Source: Raja brachyura
Lineage: Eukaryota
Assembly: GCA_963514005.1 (NCBI GenBank)
Contig: OY740783.1
Coordinates: 23,002,001 to 23,066,000, forward strand
DNA: 64,000 nucleotides
Reading direction: 5' to 3'
Part shown: positions 63,301-64,000 of the stretch, in pieces
Position numbering within the stretch: position 1 is the stretch's first letter
Layout: every line of letters begins with the position of its first letter
Notes under the pieces: model-generated
Seen by the model: the letters and a program-made list of their open reading frames with translations, nothing else
Told to the model about the DNA's origin: nothing
Databases searched by the model: none
Translations under genes and position numbers: made by a program

Positions 63301-64000
63301 AGGAAGCTCTTCACAGTGCTGTTCCAGCAGCAACTGATCAAGAGACTGGACTAGTCACATCTGGATTACCTGACACACACACACGCACTGATGGTTTGAT
63401 GCAGACACAGGTGGAAGACAGAACGGCGGCAACAGATGTGACAGGTGAGAAAGAAACCAGGTATACATTTGATTCTGTGACAAAAGAACTAGTCGAAGGA
63501 GAACGCCCTGTCACTGCTACCCCAGTAATTAAAACAACGTTACAAGAATCCATCTCAGAAGCACCATTGGTGATCACTGAGATCAAAACCATCCCAGAGA
63601 AAGTGGTTGTCACATCAACTATGAAATCACCAGCAACTGTGGAAACACAGATATCAGAGAAAGTTACAGTCAAACTACCTCCATCTATAGAATTTGAGAG
63701 TTCTGGTGAAGAGCTGATTACTTCCAAACAAATTGCACAATTTGGAACTGATATTTCCACCACAGAAATAAGCTCTGCCCTGTTACCAGTTACCAGTAAA
63801 ACTCCAGTGGATGCAAAAATTCCCCAGAGCACTGTTACTGTTACACGTGAGAGTGAGGAGGAAATTTCTGGGTCTGGCTCGTCGGAGATACACACAGAGT
63901 GGGATCGTTTGCTGGTTAAAGTGCACACACAAACAACTGACAAGTCTGCAGCTACAGTTGTGATTGGCGAGAAGGAAACCAGATACACATTAGTTCCAGT
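48382..64000 (+). CDS. vcan: Giant internal coding exon (3' end beyond window) of a lectican proteoglycan, most likely the versican GAG-beta domain; Ser/Thr/Glu/Pro/Val-rich, >=5,200 aa
   Basis: Acceptor ttacag ends at 48381; phase-1 entry, codons start at 48384: xLVPEAGKTPTESLLLPLNQSTEDVTHPLGSKIHVVHIHFDVREEEGGGIIGSGESDFTKFLFPQVPTAAPVQDAHPSLSFINGKTRIEFEPPYTRGEEARGDQVERVSPS. SFINGK...EEARGDQVE resembles human versican QYINGK...DPEAAE-ARRGQFE at a similar distance (~95-100 aa) from the exon start. The same frame holds at 55083 and at the window end (63963 ATT GGC GAG AAG...). The ORF track lists no closed ORF in this frame. Many acidic Ser-Gly sites. Confidence 0.82.
49860..53080 (+). repeat. 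Diverged 5' part of the coding array (~430-520-bp half-unit copies)
   Basis: Recurrent PSVI(T/S)E.KT, GxKETxY and (D/E/V)FESSG motifs near 49983, 50493 (degenerate), 51015, 51534, 52050, 52494 and 52920. Confidence 0.85.
53081..64000 (+). repeat. Homogeneous coding tandem array, 1032-bp (344-aa) unit; 10 full units plus a partial unit truncated by the window end
   Basis: The marker tcaa(a/g)agac recurs at 53081, 54113, 55127, 56159, 57164, 58196, 59219, 60242, 61274, 62306 and 63338. Spacings are 1032/1014/1032/1005/1032/1023/1023/1032/1032/1032, all multiples of 3. Confidence 0.97.

Noticed and set aside
49172-63988. Series of minus-strand ORFs of up to 224 aa (MTGTNVYLVSFSP...) that look like a tandem gene family of hydrophobic proteins
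   Set aside because: They are antisense shadows of the + strand repeat exon. They recur with the repeat period and stop at the same tca. The + frame is continuous, has a splice acceptor and carries versican motifs.
48382-64000. Alternative identity as a mucin or aggrecan
   Set aside because: It is Glu-rich with acidic SG sites and the INGK...EARG.Q.E versican signature, and lacks aggrecan's dense SG-x-x short repeats. Not fully excluded without flanking exons.
53081-64000. CRISPR-like or non-coding satellite interpretation of the array
   Set aside because: No repeat-spacer architecture, eukaryotic context, and frame-preserving indels indicate coding repeats.

Overview
AT-rich, repeat-dense vertebrate DNA. 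Its repeat inventory (CR1/HER1-type LINE 3' ends, tRNA-derived HE1-like SINEs, abundant Penelope-derived short elements) points to a cartilaginous fish, probably a skate or ray (inference). Positions 1-48381 behave as one long intron. It contains many LINE/SINE fragments, about 20 Penelope-derived elements carrying a minimal hammerhead-ribozyme motif, two convergent ~2.05 kb defective hAT DNA transposons (each with TIRs and an 8-bp TSD), two small TIR elements and a 182-N gap. At 48382 a + strand exon starts after a branch point and ttacag acceptor. Its reading frame appears open to the window end (>=15.6 kb, ~5,200 codons); the ORF track omits it, consistent with no stop being reached. Its N-terminus (SFINGK...GEE-ARGDQVE) matches the start of the versican GAG-beta domain and its ADAMTS cleavage site. 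From ~49860 the exon is a hierarchical tandem array: ~172-aa half-units, then 344-aa (1032-bp) units, then a ~2.04-kb higher-order duplication, with regularly spaced acidic Ser-Gly sites. This giant, regularly repeated versican GAG domain is the most unusual feature. The minus-strand ORFs over this region are antisense shadows.
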